Below are positions 45,201 through 57,902 of a stretch of DNA of 64,000 nt, piece after piece. The number at the start of each line of letters is the position of its first letter. Within the stretch, counting starts at the first letter, position 1. The position numbers were made by a program, and so were the translations under genes. Origin of the DNA: Podarcis melisellensis (taxonomy: Eukaryota); the NCBI GenBank assembly GCA_964234715.1, contig OZ174275.1; one strand, 5' to 3'. The notes under the pieces were generated by a model. It did not search any database, was not told where the DNA came from, and worked only from the letters and a program-made list of their open reading frames with translations.

Positions 45201-48200
45201 TGCTTTTAAAGTCCATCACTCTCAACTTCAGAAATGGGCACAACATCACATTGTCCAATATTGCCAGTGTAGTCTATTGGATCAGCAGATTCAGAAAAAC
45301 TATAGCTTACCTTGGGTTAGGTGGTGGTCCAGGAGGGAAATGAGGCATTCCACTTGGCATTCCTGGCATATAGGAAGCTGTGCACAACAACGTCAAACAT
45401 TTTAACAATTTAGGATAGTGTTGTTCAATTATATAAAATTATCTTTACAAATAAGTAGTTAAAAATTAATTGGGTTGCCTCTACTCAAGGTAAATCCACC
45501 AAATGAATGGAAATAATGAACTTAGGTCTATTTCTTTCAATGGGTTGAGTAGAACTTAGTTGAATACATCGCACTAGGTTCGATCCAGACTTCCTGTGAG
45601 CAGAAACCTTCTGGGGGGAAAGGAAGATGCAATGTTTCCCTATTCCTTCCTGATATTTCTAACCCCTGAAAGTTGTTCTGGAGGACAAGGGGAGAGGGGC
45701 ATTCTATGGAAGACCATGGAAGTTGGTGCTGAGACAAGAGGCAACAATCACTTTCCCCAGTCTCCACTGAACCTCAGTCCACTTTTGGAACAGAAGCAAC
45801 TGTTTTATTAATAGAATGACAACTATTGATGCAGCCCATTTGTAATTTCTACAGTTGTAAAAGTTATTTTTTAATAGCCCAATTGAAGAAAATGCAGAAG
45901 GAAAGAAAAGAAAAAAGAAGTCTTCTTGACCCCTGCCCCACCTTCAGAATAAGCAAACAGCAGCCCAGGAAACCATTCCTGTTCCTAGTCTTCCCTGTTG
46001 TGCTTGCACTTATTATGCATTTCAGTTACTTTACTCTTGCTGCATAAGCCAATTCAGAGTGTTCAATTATCCCAATTTTTCCTTACACATATTCAAATCC
46101 ATAGGTGGAATTCAACATCACATTATTTCAATTGTTCCCTTGGTGCAAGTGTTTTTGCTTGCTTGGCAGAACAATCTCCCCTCTTCTCCTCCTGCAGTCT
46201 GGGGATTTTTCCTCCCAAAGTGGATAGTGTGGGGAGACCCCGCCGTGCTACTGGGAGTCCTTCCACTGGCTCCTGCTAGTACAATTGTTTAGTACTTTAA
46301 TTGAATCCAGTCCTATATAACCAGGGAGTCCTTACAAACAAGTCATTATTAAAATGAAGCAATTAATCTAATAATAAAGATTACAATGTTCATACTAAGA
46401 GCTGGATCTATAGAGTTGGTTCCAGAATTGTGAGGGGAAAGGTCCACTTGCCCCTTCCTCCCTGCTGCAGCTCACGACACCCCTTCCAAAAAATCACTTG
46501 AAATTTGGGGAGTTTCTGCAGTGGTCCAAGATGGGACATGAGGAAGAAATCAATTAGATGTGATGTGTGCTTTGCATTCATTAAGTATAAGTAACACATC
46601 CCACACTCCAATTTAAGACAACTTAGACTGCACTTTGGGGCTTTCTCCATTATGTTATATCTCTCACTGCACCAACTCTACATGCAGTGCAATGAAGTGT
46701 TCTGGAGAATCTGAAAACTTGCTCACTATTAATATTACATTTCCAAGGGTCCTAATGAAGCTATTTCCCAACTGTGGTTTTGCACACCTCCACCCCCACT
46801 GAAGACCAGGACAGCTACCTATGATTTTTAAAGTGATGGTGTCAAAGCATTAGTGTTACTTTCAAGCTGGCAATATATAGCTTTACTAGTTCTGAAGTCG
46901 AACTCCTGGCTATTCTATATTTGGCTGACACCTACTGGCAGAGATGATATTCTCTGGTGGTAAAAAGTACTGTACAATGAGAAGGCTTTTTGCAATGCTA
47001 AAATGGCAGAAAAGAAAGCAAATTTAACTTTCCTCGAGTGTTCAGCATTGGTACATCTAACAATGGCAGGTTTTTGTTCTATAAAATGAATTTCCCTACA
47101 ATAATACCTGTTTTCAAACTGGTATAAGTATACATTTCAAATAAATGCCCTACACATCTTGTAAAATAGCACAGTAAATTCTTGTAAAATAATTAACAGT
47201 TGTAGGAACATGTTTTTCTCAGAAGTTGAGAGCAATGGAACATAAAAGATACCAAAGTGAGTTTTTAATTTGATTTGCAATTAAAAGAAAAATAGTATAA
47301 ATAGTATAACTCTGCTAGCATTATAAAATAAATAAGTTTCAAAAACAATGTCATAAGAGGATAAAGGTACTGATAATGGCAAAATATTAGCATGAATAAT
47401 GTTTGAAAATAGATCAAGGATCAAATGAATTGTAGCAATGTTGTTGATGCTAAAAAACAACATCTTTCATGGAAATTTATTTATAATCAAAACAGTTATT
47501 AGGCAGCATGTTCAAAATATCTAGCCTAATTCTCTACATTTAAATAAACCAAACTCTGAGCTGCTGGTAGCTGAAAAAGATTACACAGAATGAATATTGG
47601 CTATACAACTTGTGCTCTGGATTGGGCAATTGGCAGCAGGGATACTTTATGTTTAAACCAACAACATAACTACATATTTAGAAACCAATACTACAATAAC
47701 TAGATCCTTTCAACAATACACCGTGCCATTATTCTACTTGTTTTCATTGCAATTTGCAAGTATATGGGGTACAAGGTACTTACAGTTTGGTGGTCCTGTT
47801 GCCTGGTAAGGTGGGTAGGCTGCTGAAATGGTAGGCCGAGAGAAGACTGGAGGTTCTTCTCCAAACACCACAATCATCACTTGAATCAAGCCAATCAAAT
47901 CTGATTGTGGCTAAGGGGAAAGCATATAAAAATCTCTTTGCTTTTTTAATCCCACAAAGATAAACAATGACAATGCATCTATCACCTTGTCAGTTATAGG
48001 TGGTCATTTGGTTACTCTATTTGTAGGTTTTGGTCAAGTATATTCCAATTCAGGTTCAATGACTAACTGATAAAAATTAAAGTGTAGCATATCACTGAGA
48101 AAGTACTGATGAGAATATGAACCCTAACCCCATATTAATTATCGGCAGCAATTAAGACATTTTATGGCAGGCCACATTTCAATTGCAGGTCTCATGAATG

Positions 48201-51200
48201 GAGATCAAATATGACAAAAGCAGTAACACAATTAGTACTATGTAAGAGTGCTAAGATTTTACTCAATAGAGACCCCAGTTTCCCAGTGTCACATCTTTCT
48301 GCTATAACAAATGACCAAAGGAGAAAGAAGAATATTAAACAAAACTGCTACTTAAATGGTGAAATAATTTAGGACTAATGATTAAGAATTTTATAATTGT
48401 ACTTACATGTTTCCATTCATGTAGATATGGAAGGTATATCTTGCCATTTGCATCCACGTGCTTCCCAGTTTTAATTGTCATTGAACTAGTTGGCTTAACA
48501 AAACAGATTGGTGGATTGTATGGATATGTATCCAACAGCCACAGACATATTGGGATATTGTATGTGTTACCTGAAGAAGTTATTTAAAAAAAAAGATGAA
48601 TGCATTATTATTTTCTCCTTCTGACAATATATTTTAATGCTGTGAAATAGGAATGATTACAAAAGCTGCCCTTGTAGTGATGGAAGGCCATCTAACCTCC
48701 ACTAACAGAAGCAGGCTGCCCTCCAGTCCACTGTTCTAGAAGTCTCCTTGAGCCCCTCTCCCAGGGTACATGCAGGGAAGGGGAAATTCCATTGGACACA
48801 TTGTGCTAATGAAAAAACTTTGCTGGACACTGCACAAAGAATAGGAAAATCTCCTGTATGTGGCAACACAAGACAGTTGTACAAAGGTCCAAAACTAAGA
48901 ACAAAGCATTCAGAACAAGTTAGTGACCAAGCTGATCAAAGTAAATGATGTAAGCTTTCAAGTAATGTACTGGCAATCTACCCAAGACAAATACATACCT
49001 TTGTAATTTACAGGAATGGTTCCTGTGAGGCTCATCAGTTCTCTTGATGAACCATCATTAAAAACTGAAAAGAAGAAAAAAAAGTGTTATGCAACCTGTT
49101 CATTTTATAGTCAGATAACAAAAGTTGCATGCATGCTTAACAAAACAGAGACTACTTTTCTTCAAACACTTCTCTATATACAAGCAAGCATCTTCTAGGA
49201 AAATGAACTAATAACACCACACAATATTAGAAATGGCGAGCAAATTATTGTGTGACATAGGCAGATCTGCTCCATACAATTCTAGCATCTATAAAAAATA
49301 AAATTGCTATTGTAGCCTTCAAAGCAAAGCCTAAAAATGAGCAATACTATTTTCAAGTCAAGTGGGCAGTGGTACTTCAGATGTTGCTGGACTACAATCC
49401 CATCACCCCTGATGGAAGAAAAGGTTTCCCTATTACCATTTTGCCAAAAAGCATGTCTCAAATAATTAGCACAGTACAGGGGTGGCCAACCTTTGGTCCT
49501 CCCTATGATCCTTAACTATAATTCAAATCTTCTCTGACTGTTGGGTTTGCTAGCTAAGGCTGACTGCAGTCTAACAAGATCTGGAGAACACCAGGTTAGC
49601 TACCCTGGTCTATTAACTTATCTTATTTCTTCTTTGTCATAAAATTTATTACACAAAATATGATATACTGATAGGGAACTGACATAGGCTAGCTAACAAA
49701 AAATACTGTACAAAAAAGAAAAGCATAACATAAAACTCACCATATCCATCCATTACAGGCTTGAGGTCTTTGTACTGGGTAATAACACTGACAGTTTCCT
49801 GAACAGTCAAGTCTCTGTACTTGTACTAGGGGGAAATAGATTTTGAAAATCTTAAAGCTCCACTAAAGACAACTTCCACTGAAAACATTTAGACTTCTTT
49901 CAACACAACTATAGTGACTAGAGAACAAGATCTGCACAGTCTTCCACAGCAGGTAAGATACTACACAGTCATACCTGTTACGTTTGCTTCATGTAACATT
50001 GTTTCAGGTTGCGTCCCATGGCAACCCGGAAGTACCGGAAATGGTTACTTCCAGGTTTAGCCATGTGTGCATGCACAGACACGCAAAATGACGTCACGCA
50101 CATGCACAGAAGCAGTGAATCGCAACCCACGCATGCGAAGACGCACCGCTGCAGGTTGCGTTCCTTTCATATTGCAAATGGGCCTCTGGAACGGATCCCG
50201 TTCGCAACCAGAGGTACCACTGTAACTACTTTTGTATATAGAACCACTTTGCTGAATTACAGCCAGAGATTATAGAGTAAACCTGACCTGCCAGGATCAA
50301 GTATAAGTGGTATGTGATGATGCAAAGTGAATCAAACTCAATTCTACAATTAGGATGCTCTAGTGAAATGAGACTGTCCACAATCCAACATGTTCTTTGT
50401 CTTGTGGTAAGCCGACACAGTTCTACAAAGAAAATGAACACACTTATGAATTAATGTAGACCACTGAACAGATTTTTAAAATTGTTGATGGCAATGAAAT
50501 AAGTAGAGGATTGTGTCTCTATGACAGAGGCACATATTTAGTCCAACATCTCTGCAAAAGCCATCTTTCTCTACCTCAGCCATCCACACACAGCGCCAAC
50601 TGATCCAGAGCACTCTCATGCCCCACTCTTATCTCTGTAGCCTCCCACTCTCCACTGGACAGCAAGAAAACTGATCCCTTCAAGCTCCTCTATCAACTTT
50701 GCTCATCTACTTGAGCAATCTCAGTTCACAACTCCCTGGTCTTAAGGTCTCCTTCTATGGGAAATGCATCCAGAAGACAAAAATGTATCAAGGAATTAGT
50801 GATCTGTTCCTTCGCCCCTCCCTTGCTCTTGTTAAGTTTTTTGATGGTGTGAGAACGGTCTGCTTTAATCAGCTGCATTAATCAGTTGGAAGCATAGTAC
50901 TGGGAACCTTCTTTGACATTGGACATTGTTTTGAGAAGGTGAAGCACTGGGAGAGGGTGGCTAATGGATGATCTGCACATAGCCAGTCTGGAAAACCATA
51001 CCTGCTACCTATGGTTTGGGCAGAGTTTCTTTGAAGCTCCTGCACAGACTGATCGGCTGCAGGGCTGTGCAAAGTGAGGCTACCTGGGGGAGTTGCTTTG
51101 CCACTTCTTGAGGGCTTCCAAATGGCAGGTTGAAGTGCTTGCTTGGTATGTATACATTGCTTGCTGTTTGAGAATAAAATCTGTAATCTTCTCGTTCACT

Positions 51201-54020
51201 TGTGTTTTTTGTATTGCTTCTGAATCTCATTTTAAAAGAACCACCTTGCCTTTGGTTTTAAGACCAACAGCAGTCAACTTCTGTGGCCACACTGCTCAGA
51301 AAGCAGTACCAGAGTTTGCACTGCTGCCACCACCTGCCTTTATGCATTATAATACAGATTTACTCTGATCTGCTAACATGACCAAGTAAAATCAGCTGTG
51401 CAGAGCCAGCTAGCAATGTACTAGTGACTTTCTACCTTTAAGACAGTCACCAACATTCACGTCCAATTAATTACCAATATATTTGTTTATCTGAAGACAA
51501 TGAGAGTTATGCAGCCACGAAAAAAGGGAATAATGCAAGAATTAATATTTTAAGAATTATGAATAGTATCCATGTTCTATACCACACTAGCTCAACATTT
51601 AGAATGCTCTTGAACAAGTTTCAAATATTCAATCCTATGGTTTATCACTAATTTGATAAAACCAGTCTAATTCAGTGTCGCACTAGCACAAACATCAGTG
51701 CAAGCATTTCTACAGAATAATCTCCCCTCCCCCCTCCCAGTTCTGGGGGTTCTCCTGATCCCCCAGCAGGATAGGAGAGAGAAAATCCCATTGCACTAGT
51801 GGAAGCCCTTGTGCTAGCTCCCGCTAATGCACCCACTTAGTTGAATCTGGCCCAAAATAGCATAGTGCTAGCTAAGAAGCAAAGATGATATGCAAATTTC
51901 TACTCATAATCTTTAACAACAAAAAGCTGACAAAATACTGTCCCCACCCTGTTAGAAATGTATGTTAAAGGTTAAAATCACAGGTGTCTAATCAGGCAAT
52001 GATGCATTCTTACATTCTACTTCCTCCTCTTCATTCAACTTGTTACAAAGTAATAAGGTGGTTTTGCAACTTACTTGCCAATTAAGTATAGAATGGATCA
52101 GAAAATGACTCAGGGGAGAATATGCACATTAAACCTGCTGACTACTTAAATTAGCTTCATCCAACTAAAGGATCAGCTGGATGAGTAAGGCTGCTGTCCT
52201 ACACACATTTACTTGGGAGTAAGTCCCACTGAACTCAACTGAACATGAGATGTAAGGCTGCAAATTTAAGCACGCTTACAGCTCAATTCCTATATGTTTA
52301 CTCAGAAGTCAAAACCAGGCAGATAGCCTTCTCAGTGGTGGTGCCTGCCCTGTGGAACGCCCTCCCATCAGATGTCAAGGAAATAAACAACTATCTGATT
52401 GTTAGAATACATCTGAAGACAGCCCTGTGTAGGGAAGCTTTTAATGTCTGACGTTTTACTCTGTTTAATATTCTGTTGGGAGCTGCCCAGAGCGCCCAGT
52501 CAGATGGGCGGGGTATAAATAATAAATAATAATAATAATTACTACTACTGAATTCAATGAAGCTTACTCACAATCAAGAATAAATTAAAATTAAATGGCA
52601 CTCACTATTTAGGTTATTCTTTAAGTACTATGCATTAATAATTATTAAAGAAGGAATAAGAGTTTGTGTTTTCAATAAACTTAATTCCACTGTAGCACAG
52701 CAAATAAAAATACAGTACAAACAGCTTCATTTATTAACAATTTAACAACAAACCTACACTGAACTTTGCAATTCAACTGAACTTTGGTTTGATACTGATA
52801 CCAGTTTGGCATTCTCATCCAGGTTTTATCATGAATCTAGTCACCTTTCATCAATGTTCAGAGCCTTTATGTTCTACTGATTTCAGCAGAAGAATAAAGA
52901 ACATTAACAACCTTCTCCAAATGAAATTCCCAGCACAAAAATGTTGCTTATACAAGGAATTAGTGAAATAAGCTGCTGGGTGGCATCCTTTTCTTTGTAA
53001 TTGACAGACCGGTATTCCTATAACCTGGTAAATTTAACCCTATAGTAAATTTCTTACTTTTTAGTGTTTTAAAATTAAATGTTTTAACACAAAGTACCTT
53101 AGAGTCATTAAAGCTCCCAAGTAACTGTACCCAGCTGCTGTTAACAGATGCCACACTAGGTCAACTTGTGTTAATTCACAATTTGGGCCCAAAGTACCTT
53201 TATACTCAACCTTGATCACTGAGATTCTTTGATGGTAACTAACCAACTCCTTCACCAACCTGAATGATCTCTGCTCACTTGCTGAGTTACATACGTATTT
53301 TTAAAATGTAGTAGTAGTAGTAACAACACCATAATCAAATTTGTGTTTATTTAGACTTTAAAAACTCCTAAAGAACTTGCTTACTAGTTTCCATGATTCC
53401 TTTAGCGACTAAAAGCTTAGTCGTACCCATGTCCCTCATTTCAGAACGGAACTTAGCTTTAAATAGGCCACAAAGGGCAGCAAATGACTCTGGAAACCCA
53501 CAAAAACAAAACACCCAACTGAAAACTTGGGAGAGATCGCAACACGCCCATTATTTTCCTGTAATAACTAGGGAGGCCTCAAAGAGTTAGCAAAAGGCGT
53601 TGGGCGCTAAGGGTGATCCCTTTTTGGACTGGGCAGACCAGGGACTATTTCGGCTCGCTCTTTCCCTTTGCGGACTCCCAGGAGGATCATTCTCGCCACC
53701 CACGAAATTAGAGACCCTTCCCATTCCTGCTGCCAGAAAGCCGGCCTCGTTTATTCGCGTCTGGCTAGGATATTTTTGTGGGGTTTTTTCCCCTCTGGCA
53801 GCAGGAAGAAGGGAAAGATAATGACTCAGGAGGAAGTTTCGCTCGGGAAGCGGCGTGAGGTGAGGGGAGAGGGGCGGCCTGGAGGCCCCGCCGGGTGGGC
53901 GAGCGCGGAGGAAGCCCCGAGGCTGTTCCCCCGGCAGAAGCCCGCTGGGAGGGGCTCCCCGGCCGGCCTCGCCGTTACCTTGCCAAGCATCTTCTTCAGC
54001 TGGCTCTCCGACACGGCCAT
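30237..54020 (-). CDS. TSG101: Tumor susceptibility gene 101 protein (ESCRT-I subunit), 393 aa, 10 exons
   Basis: Minus-strand exons 53979-54020, 49741-49825, 48999-49064, 48407-48570, 47784-47910, 45311-45377, 43002-43099, 32368-32570, 31199-31438, 30237-30326 (1182 nt), all [18 protein letters not shown] start, UEV domain ([15 protein letters not shown]), Pro-rich region, coiled coil, PTAP motif, steadiness box, ends KTAGLSDLY*. Confidence 0.98.
30598..30731. mobile_element. hAT-type palindromic MITE, same core family
   Basis: cagtgtttctcaaacttgggtccccagctgttgttggactacaactccc...gggaattgtagtccaacaacagctg. Confidence 0.8.
33480..34200 (-). mobile_element. Possible highly decayed L1/Tx1-type LINE remnant
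   Basis: Purine-rich minus strand; [10 protein letters not shown]...W..PIPYFL loosely resembles the ORF2 C-terminal end of squamate L1-like elements. No intact ORF. Confidence 0.3.
40368..40948 (-). CDS. SGNH/GDSL hydrolase-fold domain exon (DIRS/Ngaro-type); predicted alternative terminal exon of TSG101
   Basis: Uninterrupted ORF with block [13 protein letters not shown], block [11 protein letters not shown], block [17 protein letters not shown] and block [10 protein letters not shown]. Preceded by tgtttgttctcttaatAG|CAG| acceptors (exon start 40948 or 40945), both in phase 1 like the TSG101 exon 7 donor. Stop TAA at 40368-40370; AATAAA (minus) at 39759-39764. Confidence 0.75.
43425..43521 (+). 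mobile_element. Penelope-like element terminal fragment with TSD
   Basis: aacttagttggtctttaaggtgctactggaagg...cagaccaacacggctacctatctg resembles lizard Penelope pLTR ends; flanked by taattattca at 43415-43424 and 43522-43531. Confidence 0.65.
44600..44825. repeat. Imperfect palindrome (MITE-like) in TSG101 intron 6
   Basis: Perfect 15-bp arms acacaggctcctcca (44676-44690) / tggaggagcctgtgt (44731-44745), extended by degenerate outer arms. Confidence 0.6.
49966..50222. mobile_element. Tc1/mariner (Tigger-like) MITE
   Basis: Termini cagtcatacct / gaggtaccactg followed by TA (50223-50224); internal gcaacccggaagt and gcatgcgca-like motifs. Confidence 0.75.
52311..52548 (+). mobile_element. L2 LINE 3' end
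   Basis: [14 protein letters not shown]-type ORF2 terminus, then gatgggcggggtataaat and a (taa)n tail; inserted into an older ttactcagaagt...actgaattcaatgaagcttactc repeat. Confidence 0.85.
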
Positions 54021-54280
54021 GGCGGCGGCGGCAGCGGCAGCGGGCCCTGCCGGCCGCCGGTGGTCGTCGTTCCGCGCCCCTCCTGCCGCTCCTCCGACTC
54101 CCCGCGCGAACGAGGAAACCTGCCCCGGCCTCCCTTCCGGTGCTTCCTTTCCACCCGTTTCCGCTCGGCGGCGCGACCTCACTTCCGGCGGCCAGGTGCC
54201 GCATGCGCGTGAGCGTAGACTGCGGTCACTGACGGGCCCATAGAGATAGCAACGTGGAGAGGCGCCGCCTAGTTTTTCTT
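53600..54280 (-). promoter_or_regulatory. TSG101: TSG101 CpG-island promoter and exon 1
   Basis: CpG-dense, no TATA box. ETS/GABP site CCGGAAGT (54181-54188, minus), NRF1-like gccgcatgcgcg 54198-54209, Kozak gccgccATGg at 54020. Confidence 0.85.
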
Positions 54281-54484
54281 TATTCCCATATGGAATCTCA
54301 GTTCTATAAAAGCACCGAAAGTGAATGGAGCATAAAATGTAACCATTCGGTTGAGCGCTGGGTTGGGATGGCGGGGGGGGGGGTAATTTAATTAGACTTT
54401 CACCTTTTCCTTTTTCTTGTTTTTCTACACAACTGGGAGCGTTTTGTCTATATGGTTTGTTTTGTGCAGAGAGAAAAGGAAGTA

Positions 54485-54620
54485 CTGCATTTTTCTGTGT
54501 ATAACACGCCCTCTATTTTAAGGGCTCAAAATTAAGAAAATACCCGTTTATAAGACGATCCCAATTTTAAAACATTATTTTCAAGTAAAAAATCCTCGTC
54601 TTATGCACGGGAAAGTATGG
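54485..54620. mobile_element. Tc1/mariner MITE
   Basis: Imperfect TIRs ctgcatttttctgtgtataacacg / cgtcttatgcacgggaaagtatgg, flanked by TA on both sides (54483-54484, 54621-54622). Confidence 0.75.
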
Positions 54621-54828
54621 TAAGTCCTCTGTACAGGAAATGATAGTGGTTGATTGTAACATCTGCTCCATTCAATATAACATTGGGACCACTGACTGCT
54701 ATATGGAAAGGAGGGTAGTTCATTGGGAGAGCAAATGTTTTGCATGCAAAAGGTCCCAAGCCAATCCCCAGCACCTCTATGTAAGGCTGGCAAAGAACTC
54801 TGCAGGGTTGCTGCCAGTCACCATAGAC

Positions 54829-55438
54829 CAGGGGTCAGGATCGTTTGCCCCTCCAGATGTTGCTGAACATGAGACCAATGGTGGGTCTGATAGTCAAGAA
54901 GCTGTTTTTTGCACATGCTGTACACGGAAGTGAGGGGCAGATGGGGCTTGTCGACTTGGGAAGGTAGCCCGTCTAGGAGAAGAAAAACTCTGGTCCTAAG
55001 CCTCCGCTGTCTTGCGGGATATTTTCAGGAAAAGAAAAGGCTAAAGAGTAAACCCTACACAAATCTGGAGTGGAGTCCCTGAGACGGTTGCATGGCTCCT
55101 TGTATGCCTCCTCCTGGCAACTCCTGCAGCCAAGCTGGTGCCAAATGTATTGCTCCGCTTTCATTTGGACCACGTCAGCAAAGCTGAGAGGAGGGTCTTG
55201 TCATCTGGGCAGCCCAGGACCTCCATGCACACTGCAAAGCTTGCACCCCGGGGAGGTCACTTTGGTGCTGCAAATGCAGCAGTTCAACTTCACCAACAGA
55301 GGTCCACTTCATTGTCTCTCGAGACAGATGTATGCCAACAACATATCCCATCAACCCCAGACTGCATGGCTAATAGTCAAGGAAGATGGGTACTGTAGTC
55401 CAAGAATACCTGGAGGGCCAAAGGTTCACCCTCCCTTG
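54829..55438. mobile_element. hAT MITE interrupted by a ~465-bp RTE-like insertion, itself inside a tRNA SINE
   Basis: MITE left part caggggtcagg...cctccagatgttgctgaac (54829-54869) and right part cccatca...tgtagtcc...tggagggcc...ccttg (~55345-55438). Insert carries gggaaggtagcccgtctaggagaagaaaaactctg and ends gccaacaac. Confidence 0.65.
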
Positions 55439-56235
55439 GTGTAGACAACACTTCAGGTTTGATGGACCAAGGGTTTGAGACAGACAAAATGAAATCTTCA
55501 CACAGCACATAGCAACACTCTGGATTTCACTCCTACAAAATGTATACATTGGAGACAAAACTAAATGGTACCCAGGAATCCTGGCTACAGTCACTGAAAT
55601 TGTCAGTGTTATTTTAAAAAGCCTACGTACAATGGAAAGGATTGTGTATAGATGGAGCAGATTAATGCATAAAATATAGAGAGGTTATTTAATGGTTTGA
55701 AGGATTTGAATGTGCATGCATTCTGTAAACTACTTTATTCTGAAGTGGTGTACAATAGGGTCAAACAATAAAATAGTTCACAAAATACATGCATATTAAA
55801 ATCCATCAAACTACTAAATAAAATTGTCTGTAAAACAACCATCAACCATGCAGCCAAAAGTCCTGTACATCCTTTTAAATTTAGATTTGGAGACCTTTTG
55901 GTAACAACCAACAAATCTAATAAATAATAATTTAAGTTTTGCTGTCATGATTCAAGATAATATTTTGTACCAGCTAGATAGTGCACCACACCAACTCATG
56001 AATTCCTCATCTGACCTACCAATAGATGTGCTTCATATATTAGTATATATTAGCAAATTCTTTCATTAATCTGTTGCATTTATGTACTGCTAAATATTTC
56101 AAAAACCTCTAAGCCATGTATGGTCTAACCCCCACACCCATAATATATTGTTAAAGCATTAGCACATAAACACAACCTAAAACCAATAAAACAGTAATAA
56201 AAAAACACATCAAGCTTTTAAAAGCTAATAAATGT

Positions 56236-56241
56236 TTTATT
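56236..56241 (-). terminator. UEVLD: Candidate UEVLD polyadenylation signal
   Basis: tttatt on + strand in the AT-rich 3' region; alternatives at 57726-57731 and 55734-55739. Confidence 0.4.
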
Positions 56242-57902
56242 AACATTACACATCACAGTGTTTTTCCATATAGCACTTGCTTAAATATATAATGCAAAGA
56301 AAAAGACAAAAATTCATTGCAATCATACCTGAGTACAAAATCTATATATACTATCATTAGACTGTTTATATATTTGGTAGTGCTTAAAGCTTGTTGCAGT
56401 GTTACAACTGATGACACCAAACATACTAAGCCTTATCAGTGCATAACATTGAGCAGTGCATTCATTCAGTTTTTCTTCCCATCCTGTCCTAAAGACTCAG
56501 GCCAAGTCACAATTATTTTAACAAAAGACCAAATAAAAACAGATTACTTCATTAGATAGAAATAAAAATTTACCTCCTCTTTACCCTAAGTTCATAAATC
56601 ATCATTTAGATCCTGGGAATAGTATTGGCTAACACTATCCAATAACTATTTTCTCATCTATTATATTTTAAAGCATGGTAGAGTGGAAAGGGAGAAGAAT
56701 CACCTTTTAAAAAATATATTCTGAATAAAGGAAGCATTTCATTTAAACCATGGTGACTAGCTGTGCCTTACTGTATTCTATAATGTCCTCCCCATACAAA
56801 GTGCCTATATAATTCAATTTATAAATCTTGTACAGAATCCAGTATGCCCTCCCATGTGAGCCAAAAGCACTAATGTGTGCACATGGGAAACAAAACATTT
56901 CCTGCTCCACCCAGCTGCTTCATTCACAAGCTGCACTGGAGGGTACTCCAACATTCAGGGTGGCTTTACAGGGGCTACGAGAACCTTAAGCAGGAAGGAT
57001 GTGAACACACAGAACCTCAAGGCCTCTTGGATTTTGGCCAAGTGCCTTTAAGAAGACAATACAACTATGCACATTTTATATACTGCCGCAATGTAACAGC
57101 GCTGGGTTGTTTTTTTTTATATCCCCACCCCCAGCAATATCTAAATCTTTGGGTGATTCATACAAAAAGTTCAGAAAAATATTTTCAGGCACATTAAGGA
57201 TAAGCAAATAGAATTCATCTGCAATGCCAAAAAATTCAGCTTCAAATGAATTACTGCAATGATTTGCTGGTGGAAACATTTTGTTATAAATTGTCTGAAT
57301 CATTGGCTGAAACATGGACCCTTAATTTTAGGCAATACCTTGCTGCCAGGCCATCTATGTTTAGACTTTAGCAATGTGTAATATATATACAAGACTGGTT
57401 CTCTATAGTAAATACACGATGGCAATGCTGTATCACCTATGGCAAAACAATAGTCACTCTGATTGAAAAGATACCTCTTGTCAACAAATTTACAGCAACC
57501 TAGAAAAGGAAGTGGGCTGGTGGTGATTATAGTGATGGCTCTGATATAGTGTTGTGCATTCAATATAGGAAAAAGAAGAGATCCTATTTTTTCTTATTAA
57601 TACAGATAGTAATTAAATAACCAAGAGTACAAAATCCAGCAAAAAGGCAACCCATGATCTAGAAAGTTTGGGAAATTACGGTAAGTTTCATGTTACATAT
57701 TTCCATCCTATTTTGCCTAATCATTTTTATTATAAGAATGTCATTGACAGATGGTCTTTAGCATGCCCTATAATTAAATATACACCAAATTTAGCAAAGC
57801 TTCAACATTTTGAGGTATTCTTTTTTTAGTAGCCACCTAGGCAATAGTGTCTTTTCTGCAACTCTCAAATACCTTAGAGGCCAAGTTATGCCTAGCTGGT
57901 AT

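Noticed and set aside
53587-54243. 205-aa and 191-aa ORFs at the TSG101 5' end
   Set aside because: CpG-island ORFs; only the 14 codons of TSG101 exon 1 are supported.
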